From: Patescibacteria group bacterium | GTDB taxonomy: Bacteria; Patescibacteriota; Minisyncoccia; Phycocordibacterales; JBBTRF01 | Reading direction: 5' to 3' | Assembly (NCBI GenBank): GCA_038065315.1 | Contig: JBBTRF010000001.1 | Span: 230,413 to 294,412 of the forward strand | DNA length: 64,000 nt | Shown: piece after piece, positions 28,613 to 36,979 of the stretch | Numbering within the stretch: position 1 is the first letter of the stretch | How the letters are laid out: every line of letters starts with the position of its first letter | Notes under the pieces: generated by a model | Told to the model about the DNA's origin: nothing | The model's input: only the letters and a program-made list of their open reading frames with translations | Databases searched by the model: none | Translations under genes and position numbers: made by a program

Positions 28613-29062
28613 CTACGCGAACAAGCTCGCCAACAGCGCGATCAGCATCACGGTCAGCAGGTTGGAACCAATGTCCGAGAAGAAGCGTGGCCAAGCGATC
28701 GCCCGATCGCCATTGCTCCAGAGGATGCCGGAACCGATGGTCGGCACAATAAAGCACAGCCAGTTCAGTGCCACGAAGCCGAGGGCCATCCAGAGAGTGA
28801 GGCCGTTCTTTAGGCTCGTAGTCACGATAAAGACGGTTGCGAAAGCAGTGAGAAAAGACAAGGCAAGCTGCCCAGCGTACATCTTTGGCATCATGGCCTT
28901 CCCTTCTTCCATTTTGCGTTTCATCTCTTCTTCCGACAGGTCGCCACAGCCGAGTGCGCGCATGTGGAGCTTCCCCATTGGTGTGCTGCCTGAATACCAA
29001 AAGGTGCCGACAACAGCTGCGATCACGGCTCCGGCGAGGGAGAGTAAGATGATGGTGGTCAT
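28613..29062 (-). CDS. DUF1761-like membrane protein
   Basis: A.VVG..WY....G, four TM segments. Confidence 0.65.
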   Translation of the reverse strand: MTTIILLSLAGAVIAAVVGTFWYSGSTPMGKLHMRALGCGDLSEEEMKRKMEEGKAMMPKMYAGQLALSFLTAFATVFIVTTSLKNGLTLWMALGFVALNWLCFIVPTIGSGILWSNGDRAIAWPRFFSDIGSNLLTVMLIALLASLFA

Positions 29063-29127
29063 GGGGTGATGGTTATGTGTATGGGTGAATTATGCTTAGG
29101 GGAGATTATAGCACGGGCCAACATTCT

Positions 29128-30681
29128 CTACTCCACCTTAAATTCAAACATCATTCCTGCTTCTAAATGCTCCGAGATGTGGCAGTGGGCCATCCACGCG
29201 CCAGGATTCGATGGGTCAAGCACAATATCTACCGTCTCGCCCGACTTCACTAAAACAGTGTCTTTCCAGACAAGATTGCTCTGCTTCACGCCGTCACGAG
29301 ACACCACCAAGAATCGCTGACCATGGAAATGGATCGGATGCTGCATCGGATGCATAGAGTTCGAGTCGTTGAAAATCCGAATCTTCACAGGCTGGCCATT
29401 TTTGAATGACCAGTCAATATCCATATTTTCCCTGCCGGTATCCTGATCGACAATCTTCCACTTTATCGAATCCTTGTTCGACATCTCGTTCATCATTGAA
29501 TTCGTGTCATTCCACTCAATACCATCCGAACTTCCGGACATCATCGATCCGCCCATCATAGTGCCGTCCGGCATCATGTGCGCACCATGGCCCATTCCTT
29601 GCATATTCATCATGCCGCCGCCCATATCGAGTGTCAGTGCGATTCGCTTTTGCGGCACGGTATCGAAAAATGCACGGAACGGCTCGATGCTTTCAGTTAC
29701 CGTGCGATTCACCTGAAGACGGTCAAACTCTTTTTGATATGACTGACTGACTTTTTCTGAGCCAACAACGAACGCGCCCATTGAATACCGCCTCTCGGGA
29801 GTGTCATTTTGGATGCTATATGCGCCCGCACTCGGAAATAGTACGTCCACGATCGCGCGTTCCGATGGTCCAAGCACTACGCTATCAACGAGCGTCGTTT
29901 TTTCATACGCGCCGCTGTCGCCACCGACAAGCTTGAGCTTCAAGCCACTGATCGCAAAGCGAAACGGTCGCGCATTCGCCGCATTTATCACATACAGGCG
30001 CACGACTTCCCCCGTCTTTGCCTGAAGATTCACCTTCTCCTGCCCATTCACCAGCAATATGTTCCCATAATGTCCCATGAGCGAGTGAGTGTTGTCGCCT
30101 TTCTCGATTTGGATCCTGCCATTTTCAAGCGGCAAATCGGAAAGGAAAAGCGGCAGTTCCCTGTTCACAGGTGGAAAATACGAGGTATCTGTCGGAGTCA
30201 CGATGAACGCGCCATAGAGTCCCAGTGCCTGGCCATAGACTTCCTGCACATGCGGATGATACCAAAATACTCCAGCATCCGGGAATTTCAGTTTGTATGA
30301 AAACGTCTCTCCCGATTTCATTTCCCGCTGCTGTGTTTGCGAACCATCAAAGGCATTTTCCATGCGCACACCGTGAGAATGGAGCAGAGCTGGCAGGTCA
30401 GTGCCGTTTTTAAAATTGATGGTCACTTCTGCACCTTGTGCGACCCTGATCGTCGGACCAGGGATCGAACCGTTGTACGCCAACATCTTTTGCTCCTTGC
30501 CAGCGAGCACTTTGGTGACATAGCTTGCGATGAGGTCGTATGTATCGCCATTTTTGAGCTCAACGACAGTGCTCGCCGCTACCGCTTGTGTTGGAACACT
30601 GTATTTATTCGCCAACAGCGCATATCCTCCGGCAAGGACGGCGACCGCCACAACAACAGCAAGAATTGTTTTGTGTTTCAT
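29128..30681 (-). CDS. Multicopper oxidase
   Basis: HSHG, WYHPH, HPIHFHG, HCHISEHLEAGM; Met-rich loop; signal anchor. Confidence 0.95.
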   Translation of the reverse strand: MKHKTILAVVVAVAVLAGGYALLANKYSVPTQAVAASTVVELKNGDTYDLIASYVTKVLAGKEQKMLAYNGSIPGPTIRVAQGAEVTINFKNGTDLPALLHSHGVRMENAFDGSQTQQREMKSGETFSYKLKFPDAGVFWYHPHVQEVYGQALGLYGAFIVTPTDTSYFPPVNRELPLFLSDLPLENGRIQIEKGDNTHSLMGHYGNILLVNGQEKVNLQAKTGEVVRLYVINAANARPFRFAISGLKLKLVGGDSGAYEKTTLVDSVVLGPSERAIVDVLFPSAGAYSIQNDTPERRYSMGAFVVGSEKVSQSYQKEFDRLQVNRTVTESIEPFRAFFDTVPQKRIALTLDMGGGMMNMQGMGHGAHMMPDGTMMGGSMMSGSSDGIEWNDTNSMMNEMSNKDSIKWKIVDQDTGRENMDIDWSFKNGQPVKIRIFNDSNSMHPMQHPIHFHGQRFLVVSRDGVKQSNLVWKDTVLVKSGETVDIVLDPSNPGAWMAHCHISEHLEAGMMFEFKVE

Positions 30682-30683
30682 GT

Positions 30684-32639
30684 TTATATATGTTTATTTT
30701 TAAGCAACACGGCATTGATGGCGACGATCACCGTACTTGCAGACATGAACACCGCAGCGAGCCACGGCTGAAGGATAATCCCTTTCGACGCAAGCACACC
30801 TGCAGCCAGGGGTATTGCGACCACGTTGTACCCAGTCGCCCAGAAAAGATTCTGGATCATTTTGTTGTAGGTAAGTCTCGAGAGATTGAAGATCTTCAAA
30901 ATATCTCTTGGATCATTTTTCACCAAAATGATCCCGGCAGATTCGATCGCTACATTCGTGCCTGCGCCGATCGCGATCCCGAGGTTGGCCTGAGCCAGAG
31001 CCGGAGCGTCATTCACCCCATCACCCACCATCGCCACGATCCGACCCTTGCTTTGGAGCAGTTTCACCTTCTCGGACTTTTCTGCCGGACGGACGCGGGC
31101 AAAATATTCTTCGATACCAAGCTCTTTCGCGACCTCTTTCGCCACTTCTTCTGAATCTCCCGTGATCATCGCGACGGCGATGCCTGCTTGCTTGAGCTTT
31201 GCCACGGCCTCCTTCGCCTCAGGACGAACGATATCGGCAATGACGATCGTGCCGATCTGCACTCCGCTTTTTTCGACCACAATATCTTTGCCACCACGAT
31301 GACCGACAAATACACTCACGCCGTCAACCTTGGCCTCTGCGCCCGTACCGGCAATTGTGTTGAAATCTCGCACTTCGCCGATCTTGAGACGTCTCTTCTG
31401 AGCCTCCTTCAGAATTGCCTTGCCGATAGGATGTTCAGAATGCGTTTCGACGGCAGCAGCAAGCGCAAGCACCTCATCGGAAGTTACCGACACGACGCCG
31501 AATTCGCCTTTAGTGAGCGTTCCTGTTTTGTCGAATAGTACAGTGTCGATTTTTCTCGCACCCTCGAGAGCGACGCGCTCACGGATCAACAAGCCATTTC
31601 GTGCTGCCATGGTCGTGGAGATGGCCGCCACCAGTGGCACTGCGAGACCGAGTGCGTGAGGACAGGTGATCACCAATACAGCCACCATTCGCTCCATGGC
31701 GGTGAGTGTTCCCGCGCCAGCGAGGAGCCAAGCGACAAAAGTGATGCCACCTCCAACGATGGCGACGATGGTCAGGTAGAATGCGGCTCGATCAGAAAGC
31801 ATTTGTAGTCGAGATTTCGAAGACTGCGCATCGGCGACCAATCGCATCACACCTGCCAAAAATGTTTTCTCTCCAATAGTGCTGACCTCCACCTTGAGAC
31901 TACCCTCGCCATTGATAGAGCCGGCAATTACTTCATTTCCCGCATGTTTCTGTACCGGCTTTGACTCGCCCGTGAGGATTGACTCGTTCACATTTGATTG
32001 GCCTTCAATAACTCTGCCGTCGGCGGGGATCTTTGACCCTGGCTTGATCAATACGATGTCGCCAACTCTCAAATCTGTAAGCGGCAAGGTCTCCGTGAGA
32101 TTTCCGCGGACCACTTCTGCTGTATCTGGCAAGAGTTTCGAGAGCTCTTTCAACGCTCCTTGTGCACCCATGACCGACTTCATTTCGATCCAATGCCCGA
32201 GCAACATGATCGCTATCAGCGAGGCCAACTCAAACATCAGATCGTGCATCCCGCCCGAAAGGATCGAGAAGACACTGTAGCCGTAGGCGGCGGTGACGGC
32301 GATGGCAATGAGCGTCATCATACCCGGCAGCCGCGCCTTGAGCTCGGCATAGGCGCTCTGGAGAAATACCCAGCCGCAATAGAAATACATGACTGAACCG
32401 AGAAGCAAGAGGACATACTGCCAGCCAAAAAACTCTGGACCCCTGACGTTGAATACCTCTTTTGCCATCTCAGAATAGAAAAAGATTGGAAGCGTGATGA
32501 TCAAAGAAATCCAAAACTTCTTCAAGAAATCAGCCGTATGGTGGCCAGCATGCTTATCGTGCGATTCCGCGTGCTCGTGATGGTGCTCGTGCGCGCTCGG
32601 GTGTTCGTGCGTGCACTGATGTTTGTGTTGGTGTTCCAT
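30684..32639 (-). CDS. copB: Copper-translocating P1B-type ATPase (CopB-like)
   Basis: His-rich N-terminus, TGES, CPHALGLA, DKTGT, GDGVNDAP, YN, MS.ST. Confidence 0.93.
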   Translation of the reverse strand: MEHQHKHQCTHEHPSAHEHHHEHAESHDKHAGHHTADFLKKFWISLIITLPIFFYSEMAKEVFNVRGPEFFGWQYVLLLLGSVMYFYCGWVFLQSAYAELKARLPGMMTLIAIAVTAAYGYSVFSILSGGMHDLMFELASLIAIMLLGHWIEMKSVMGAQGALKELSKLLPDTAEVVRGNLTETLPLTDLRVGDIVLIKPGSKIPADGRVIEGQSNVNESILTGESKPVQKHAGNEVIAGSINGEGSLKVEVSTIGEKTFLAGVMRLVADAQSSKSRLQMLSDRAAFYLTIVAIVGGGITFVAWLLAGAGTLTAMERMVAVLVITCPHALGLAVPLVAAISTTMAARNGLLIRERVALEGARKIDTVLFDKTGTLTKGEFGVVSVTSDEVLALAAAVETHSEHPIGKAILKEAQKRRLKIGEVRDFNTIAGTGAEAKVDGVSVFVGHRGGKDIVVEKSGVQIGTIVIADIVRPEAKEAVAKLKQAGIAVAMITGDSEEVAKEVAKELGIEEYFARVRPAEKSEKVKLLQSKGRIVAMVGDGVNDAPALAQANLGIAIGAGTNVAIESAGIILVKNDPRDILKIFNLSRLTYNKMIQNLFWATGYNVVAIPLAAGVLASKGIILQPWLAAVFMSASTVIVAINAVLLKNKHI

Positions 32640-32640
32640 A

Positions 32641-32913
32641 TTATTTTTTCTTCTGAGCAAGCTTGTAAATTTTCAGGATCTCTGCCGTCGCCCGTCTCTC
32701 TCGGCCTGTTTTCATCTGATGCAACACGTGAGTCTCCAGGTGATTCTGCAAGATCAGGTCTTCGACGCCGGCCAAAGCCTCCTTGATCGCGCTCGCTTGG
32801 GTGATGATATCAACGCAATACTTCTCTTTCGCCACCATGTTCACCAGTCCTCTCAATTGCCCCTGCACGATATTCAGACGCCGCGCCACTTTCTTTTTGA
32901 TTTCAGCTTTCAT
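32641..32913 (-). CDS. csoR: CsoR/RcnR-family metal-sensing repressor
   Basis: RRL..V.GQLRG...M....YC.DII.Q..A, HLETH; heads the copper operon. Confidence 0.9.
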   Translation of the reverse strand: MKAEIKKKVARRLNIVQGQLRGLVNMVAKEKYCVDIITQASAIKEALAGVEDLILQNHLETHVLHQMKTGRERRATAEILKIYKLAQKKK

Positions 32914-32920
32914 CTCTACA

Positions 32921-32941
32921 GTATACCCCCCATGGGTATAC
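32921..32941. promoter_or_regulatory. CsoR-type operator
   Basis: GTATACCC-CCCAT-GGGTATAC inverted repeat with C/G tract overlapping the csoR -10 (TATACT). Confidence 0.8.
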
Positions 32942-33010
32942 GTGGCAAATGAATAGGTGTATACTATGAGCAGTCGGTGGCAGTATTACTCATTTTAATA
33001 CAACACTTTT

Positions 33011-33139
33011 ATGATGACATATGGATACAGCGGCATGATGGGCGGAGCGGGATTGCTCGGTGGACTCATTTGGCTTGTGGTTGTCGTCGACCTCGTCCTC
33101 CTCGGCGTCTGGCTTTGGCAGCAGGTTGCGAAGAAGTAG
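33011..33139 (+). CDS. Small single-pass membrane protein (42 aa), not in ORF track
   Basis: MMTYGYSGMMGGAGLLGGLIWLVVVVDLVLLGVWLWQQVAKK*; divergent from csoR, TATACT at 32959-32964. Confidence 0.72.
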   Translation: MMTYGYSGMMGGAGLLGGLIWLVVVVDLVLLGVWLWQQVAKK

Positions 33140-33178
33140 CGAAGGTACCGTCCACTCAATTCAGCTCAGCAACCGAAC

Positions 33179-34429
33179 CTACAAAAACAGCAAATCCCTA
33201 TCCAAATCCTCCGCGTCAGTACCCTTTTCTTCCTGTTGGAGGGCATGATGAGTTGAGGCCAGGTACACTGTCCGTTTGCCGAATTTGCCTTCGAGGAGAT
33301 CGATTCGGTCGTGCACAGCTTCAAGCTTGCCGGCCGCCTCCCCGCCGCCAAACAAGTCCGCCTGATGTGTGCCCGACGGTACCAAGTCGTGCAGCGTCAC
33401 CCCCGTAGTGCGATACAGGGTGCGCTTGGCGTAGATTTTCGGAAACTCCTTCAGCGCCAGAGACATGATGATCTCTGGTGCATTCGTCGGTGAAGCGAGC
33501 GTCACGGTGGTGTTGGCATACACAAAATCTTTTGTCTTGAGGAAAAACGACACTTTTTTCGGAGCGAGCTTGAAGTATCGCGCCTTCGCACAGACATCCT
33601 CGATATGCTTGGAGAGCTGTGACATGAGAAAAGTCGCGTCGTTGGTACTCGGATGAAATGACCGCGTTCTTTGCATCGATGAATACGTGGTCTTTTTCTC
33701 CGGGTCAATGGGCACGACGGAAGTGCCGTTCAGCTCCTGCCAGATCGTGAGGTACGGCTTCGACAAATGCGCCTGGAGCCACGAGAGGTCCTTGCGAGCG
33801 AAATCTCCGGCCGTAGCGATCCCCTTGCGCCGCAAAAGCTCGGATGTCCGCGGCCCGATTCCCCAGATCTTTTCGATCGACGTGTTTTCGAGAAAGTCGA
33901 AGATGGCGGCAAGGTCGATGACAGTGAGACCGTTGGGCTTCATCCATTTCGAGGCAACTTTCGCGAGTACTTTGGTGGGTGCGAGGCCGATAGAGACGGA
34001 CAAACCAAGCTCTTCGGTGATTTCTTTTTTGATTCGCTTCGCGATCTGCAAGTAGGTCATTTTCAGCGGCCGATCCAGGCCGGTGAGGTCGGCGAAGCAC
34101 TCGTCGATACTGTACTCCTCCACATCGTCGGCGTAGCGGCGAACAATATCAAACATCAGCTGCGAATACCTCACATACGACGCGTAGTCGCCGGGCAGGA
34201 TGATGACCTGCGGGAATTCTTTTTTGAGCCTGAAAATCGGCATACCGCGGATGACCCCAAGTGCCTTCGCCTCGTACGACAGCGCCGACACAATCCCGCG
34301 CTCCTCGCCCGTCACCACCGGCAGGCCCTTGAGCTTCGGATTCTTCGCCACCTCAACGCCCACGAAAAAAGCATCACCATCGATGTGGAGGAGGGTTTTT
34401 TCCGCGGCGTTTTTGCTCGGCTGGTTCAC
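33179..34429 (-). CDS. dinB: DNA polymerase IV (Y family)
   Basis: HIDGDAFF, SYEAK..G, YSIDE, KVLAKVAS..KPNG, WGIG. Confidence 0.94.
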   Translation of the reverse strand: MNQPSKNAAEKTLLHIDGDAFFVGVEVAKNPKLKGLPVVTGEERGIVSALSYEAKALGVIRGMPIFRLKKEFPQVIILPGDYASYVRYSQLMFDIVRRYADDVEEYSIDECFADLTGLDRPLKMTYLQIAKRIKKEITEELGLSVSIGLAPTKVLAKVASKWMKPNGLTVIDLAAIFDFLENTSIEKIWGIGPRTSELLRRKGIATAGDFARKDLSWLQAHLSKPYLTIWQELNGTSVVPIDPEKKTTYSSMQRTRSFHPSTNDATFLMSQLSKHIEDVCAKARYFKLAPKKVSFFLKTKDFVYANTTVTLASPTNAPEIIMSLALKEFPKIYAKRTLYRTTGVTLHDLVPSGTHQADLFGGGEAAGKLEAVHDRIDLLEGKFGKRTVYLASTHHALQQEEKGTDAEDLDRDLLFL

Positions 34430-34442
34430 TCATCTATTATAG

Positions 34443-34458
34443 GTGAACGATAGTTCAC
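34443..34458. promoter_or_regulatory. LexA-like SOS box in the dinB promoter
   Basis: GTGAAC-GATA-GTTCAC (GAAC-N4-GTTC) between TTGTTA and TATAAT of dinB. Confidence 0.75.
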
Positions 34459-34489
34459 TTAACAAGGAGTATCTAGCCAAACTTCCAAT

Positions 34490-35131
34490 CTAAAACGTCT
34501 TCTCGTCGCCTTCATTCATCACGACAAAATCAATACCAACCTTGGTCAATTCTTGCTGAGGCAAGCGGTGTGCCGGACCAAGACGATCCGCGATCAACAT
34601 GCCGTCGTGCACCGGGAAAGCGGCTCGCGGTTTCATCGCCAAAGCATAATCGATGCATTCGGAGAGCGTCGCCCAAGGGCCGGCGACTGGTAGCGCGAGC
34701 ACGTCGACGCTTTGGTCCGGAGTCGAGAACGAATCGCCTGGATAAAAGAGCTTCTTGCCGATGAAGTACGCGGTGTTCTCGACAGGATTCACGGTCTTGT
34801 ACATTTTCCAATGATCCTTGCCGAAGCCTGAGATCTCGACACCTTTTCTTTCCACTCTTTGACCTTCGGCCACGATGGTGTGTGCGATGCCCTCTTTGGC
34901 CAATATCACGCCGACGCCGGAATTCGTGATCACTTCAGCTTGGGGATTATTCACCAAAACCGCCTTGAGCGAGCCGATATGGAGATGGTCGGCATGCTCG
35001 TGAGTGATCAAAATAACATCAATGCCCGTGAGCTGATTTTGAGACGTAGAATACGCGCCCGGGTCGGTAAGGACGGTCAATCCGCCCTCTTTGATCAACA
35101 AGCAGCAGTGGCCGAGTTTTTTGATATTCAT
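34490..35131 (-). CDS. MBL-fold metallo-hydrolase
   Basis: GHCC, TDPG, THEHADH, YPGDS, PVHDG. Confidence 0.9.
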   Translation of the reverse strand: MNIKKLGHCCLLIKEGGLTVLTDPGAYSTSQNQLTGIDVILITHEHADHLHIGSLKAVLVNNPQAEVITNSGVGVILAKEGIAHTIVAEGQRVERKGVEISGFGKDHWKMYKTVNPVENTAYFIGKKLFYPGDSFSTPDQSVDVLALPVAGPWATLSECIDYALAMKPRAAFPVHDGMLIADRLGPAHRLPQQELTKVGIDFVVMNEGDEKTF

Positions 35132-35179
35132 AGTATTGAGTAGTATAGCGCACCTTCTACTTCCGCAAAATCTGTTCCT

Positions 35180-35689
35180 CTAAATAACGTTTACATCTCT
35201 CGCCGCCTCAAGAATCGCAATGTCTCTTGGTACCATATAGCCCATCGCTTCGATCAGCTCAGTCTTGCTTCCCTTGAGCCTGCGCAACGCCTCACCATAG
35301 GGGAACCAAACCTCCTTAAAATCTTCTTCAGCCTCTTTATCAGTGAATGCCGGCACGCCTTTCTCCCCGACTACTTTCGCCACATAGCAATACGAGATCT
35401 GATGAAGAGTGCAGAACTTGCGCCACTCCTCTGTCTGTCCAAGCTCTGCCAATACCTCAACATCACAACCGATCTCTTCGCGACACTCGCGTTTCAACGC
35501 CACAATCTTGTCGGTATCGTCATCGAGACCACCGCCGGGGAGCTTGTAATAATCGTACTTCCTCGCATGAAGGAGTGCGACGTTTCCATCTTTATCGAAC
35601 ACGACTGCCCGTGCCGCTTTACGTACGCGATACGTTTTCACTTCTTCCGAGGAAACATTTTCATGATTGATAAAGGCGAGCTGTTTCAT
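35180..35689 (-). CDS. NUDIX hydrolase
   Basis: LPGGG......ALKRECREEIG Nudix box. Confidence 0.9.
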   Translation of the reverse strand: MKQLAFINHENVSSEEVKTYRVRKAARAVVFDKDGNVALLHARKYDYYKLPGGGLDDDTDKIVALKRECREEIGCDVEVLAELGQTEEWRKFCTLHQISYCYVAKVVGEKGVPAFTDKEAEEDFKEVWFPYGEALRRLKGSKTELIEAMGYMVPRDIAILEAARDVNVI

Positions 35690-35741
35690 TGGGGTAAGTA
35701 TATCTTATTTCATAGCGTCTTAACGAACCTCGGAACACTAA

Positions 35742-36122
35742 CTATTTCTCCCAGTAAGCCTTAAAATTATCTATCTGATCAACCAATTCTTCTGCCTTCT
35801 GGCCCTTAAAGCAGACAGATCGATCGTCTACATACACATATGCCACAGGCTTTCCGGGATTATCTCCTTCCTTGTCTGGCCTTCGATTAATGTAGTCAAA
35901 TGGAATGTCGTATTGCGAGCAATAACTGCGAAGAAACTCATTCCCACATGTTGAATGAAGAAGAATTTTGAATCCCTTTTCTTTAAGCATCTTGATTGCT
36001 TTGATGGTTTCTAAAATTGGTTCTTCGACGTGATCTTTACCCTTAAAGCCCGAGTAAGTTGCAATAACTCCATCAAAATCGAAAGCGACCGTTCTTCCTG
36101 CTGGTTTTTGTGAATCATTCAT
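35742..36122 (-). CDS. HAD-superfamily phosphatase-like protein
   Basis: VAFDFDGVI, KP.A.VYVDDR; start moved to 36122 because the track ORF overlaps the tRNA. Confidence 0.75.
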   Translation of the reverse strand: MNDSQKPAGRTVAFDFDGVIATYSGFKGKDHVEEPILETIKAIKMLKEKGFKILLHSTCGNEFLRSYCSQYDIPFDYINRRPDKEGDNPGKPVAYVYVDDRSVCFKGQKAEELVDQIDNFKAYWEK

Positions 36123-36168
36123 ATTTGTGGGATTATTGTACGCCTCGAAGTCAGAACCTATCTCAAGT

Positions 36169-36242
36169 TGGCTGCGGGACTTGGGCTCGAACCAAGATAC
36201 CATGCGCCAAAGGCATGTGTCCTACCATTAGACGATCCCGCA
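36169..36242 (-). tRNA. tRNA-Gln(TTG)
   Basis: TGCGGGA/TCCCGCA acceptor, CATGC-CTTTGGC-GCATG anticodon arm, GGTTCGAG T-loop, encoded CCA. Confidence 0.93.
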
Positions 36243-36323
36243 ATGCTTTCTACGCCATTACTGTAACCCGAAGAACGCTTCGACACAAGTTGCAGATTTT
36301 TATATCTTTAGTATTATTTACTC

Positions 36324-36412
36324 GTGCCTGTGGGCGAAAGCCCCTACTCAGCTACGGGATTCCCTAAGCCGATAGCAGGCATAACAAAACTACCGCCTTT
36401 GGGCGGTGTTTT
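36324..36412 (+). ncRNA. Candidate small structured RNA with own promoter and terminator
   Basis: TTGCAG-16-TATTAT (36290-36317); GTGCCTG/CAGGCAT closing stem, GGGC-GAAA-GCCC hairpin, second arm; ACCGCC/GGCGGT terminator. Confidence 0.5.
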
Positions 36413-36423
36413 TGTTTTTGGCG

Positions 36424-36893
36424 TTATTCGTCTTCTATGCCTTCGGTAAAGATTTTCTGTTTTCCATTTTTCATCTTTGAATAAAGCATTACGCTCCAAA
36501 AGGTAATATTTCCGTCACCGACCCTCCTCAGAATCGTCTTAACGCGTGTCTTTTTTCACCGATAATAGCGACCATTCCCCAATACTCAATTTCCTTCATC
36601 GGAATAGCGCCGTCAGTGGCGGATTTTTTCCCAATTGGTGACAGAACTTTTCGATACTCTTGAATAGTGCCAGACTTTTCGATAATTTCCAGACCAAGAG
36701 GAAGGAGGCTGAATTTAAACAACTGTTCTTTTTGCTCCCTAGGCATTCGGCCGGAAAACTGCAAATGAGAAAAGCCATCGGAGTTTAGTATGACCTTTGT
36801 TTTAAAATACGGACTATATATTTCCCTTCTCGCAAGATATATTTCTCTTGCCCTATGTCTTCTTTCATTAAAATAGATTGGATTGATCTCCAT
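36424..36893 (-). pseudogene. Putative BECR/RelE-like RNase gene with a -1 frameshift at an A6 run (about 36551-36556)
   Basis: Frame 0 ends ...IIGEKRHALRRF*; the -1 frame continues KTRVKTILRRVGDGNITFWSVMLYSKMKNGKQKIFTEGIEDE* up to the terminator; family call tentative. Confidence 0.55.
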
Positions 36894-36916
36894 ACCGTAC
36901 AGTATAGAAGATGACC

Positions 36917-36970
36917 GATAGAGAAATTGCTAAAAAGTACTCAAGAAAGTACTAATTTTTGTTAAAGAAA
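36917..36970. repeat. AT-rich dispersed repeat, copy B
   Basis: 46/54 identical to 13950-14003. Confidence 0.8.
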
Positions 36971-36979
36971 ATCTAAAAT

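Noticed and set aside
36324-36382. c-di-GMP-I riboswitch
   Set aside because: Superficial GAAA loop and GCUACGGG..CUAAG similarity, but GGCAAAC/GCAAAG core elements are absent and there is no downstream gene on that strand
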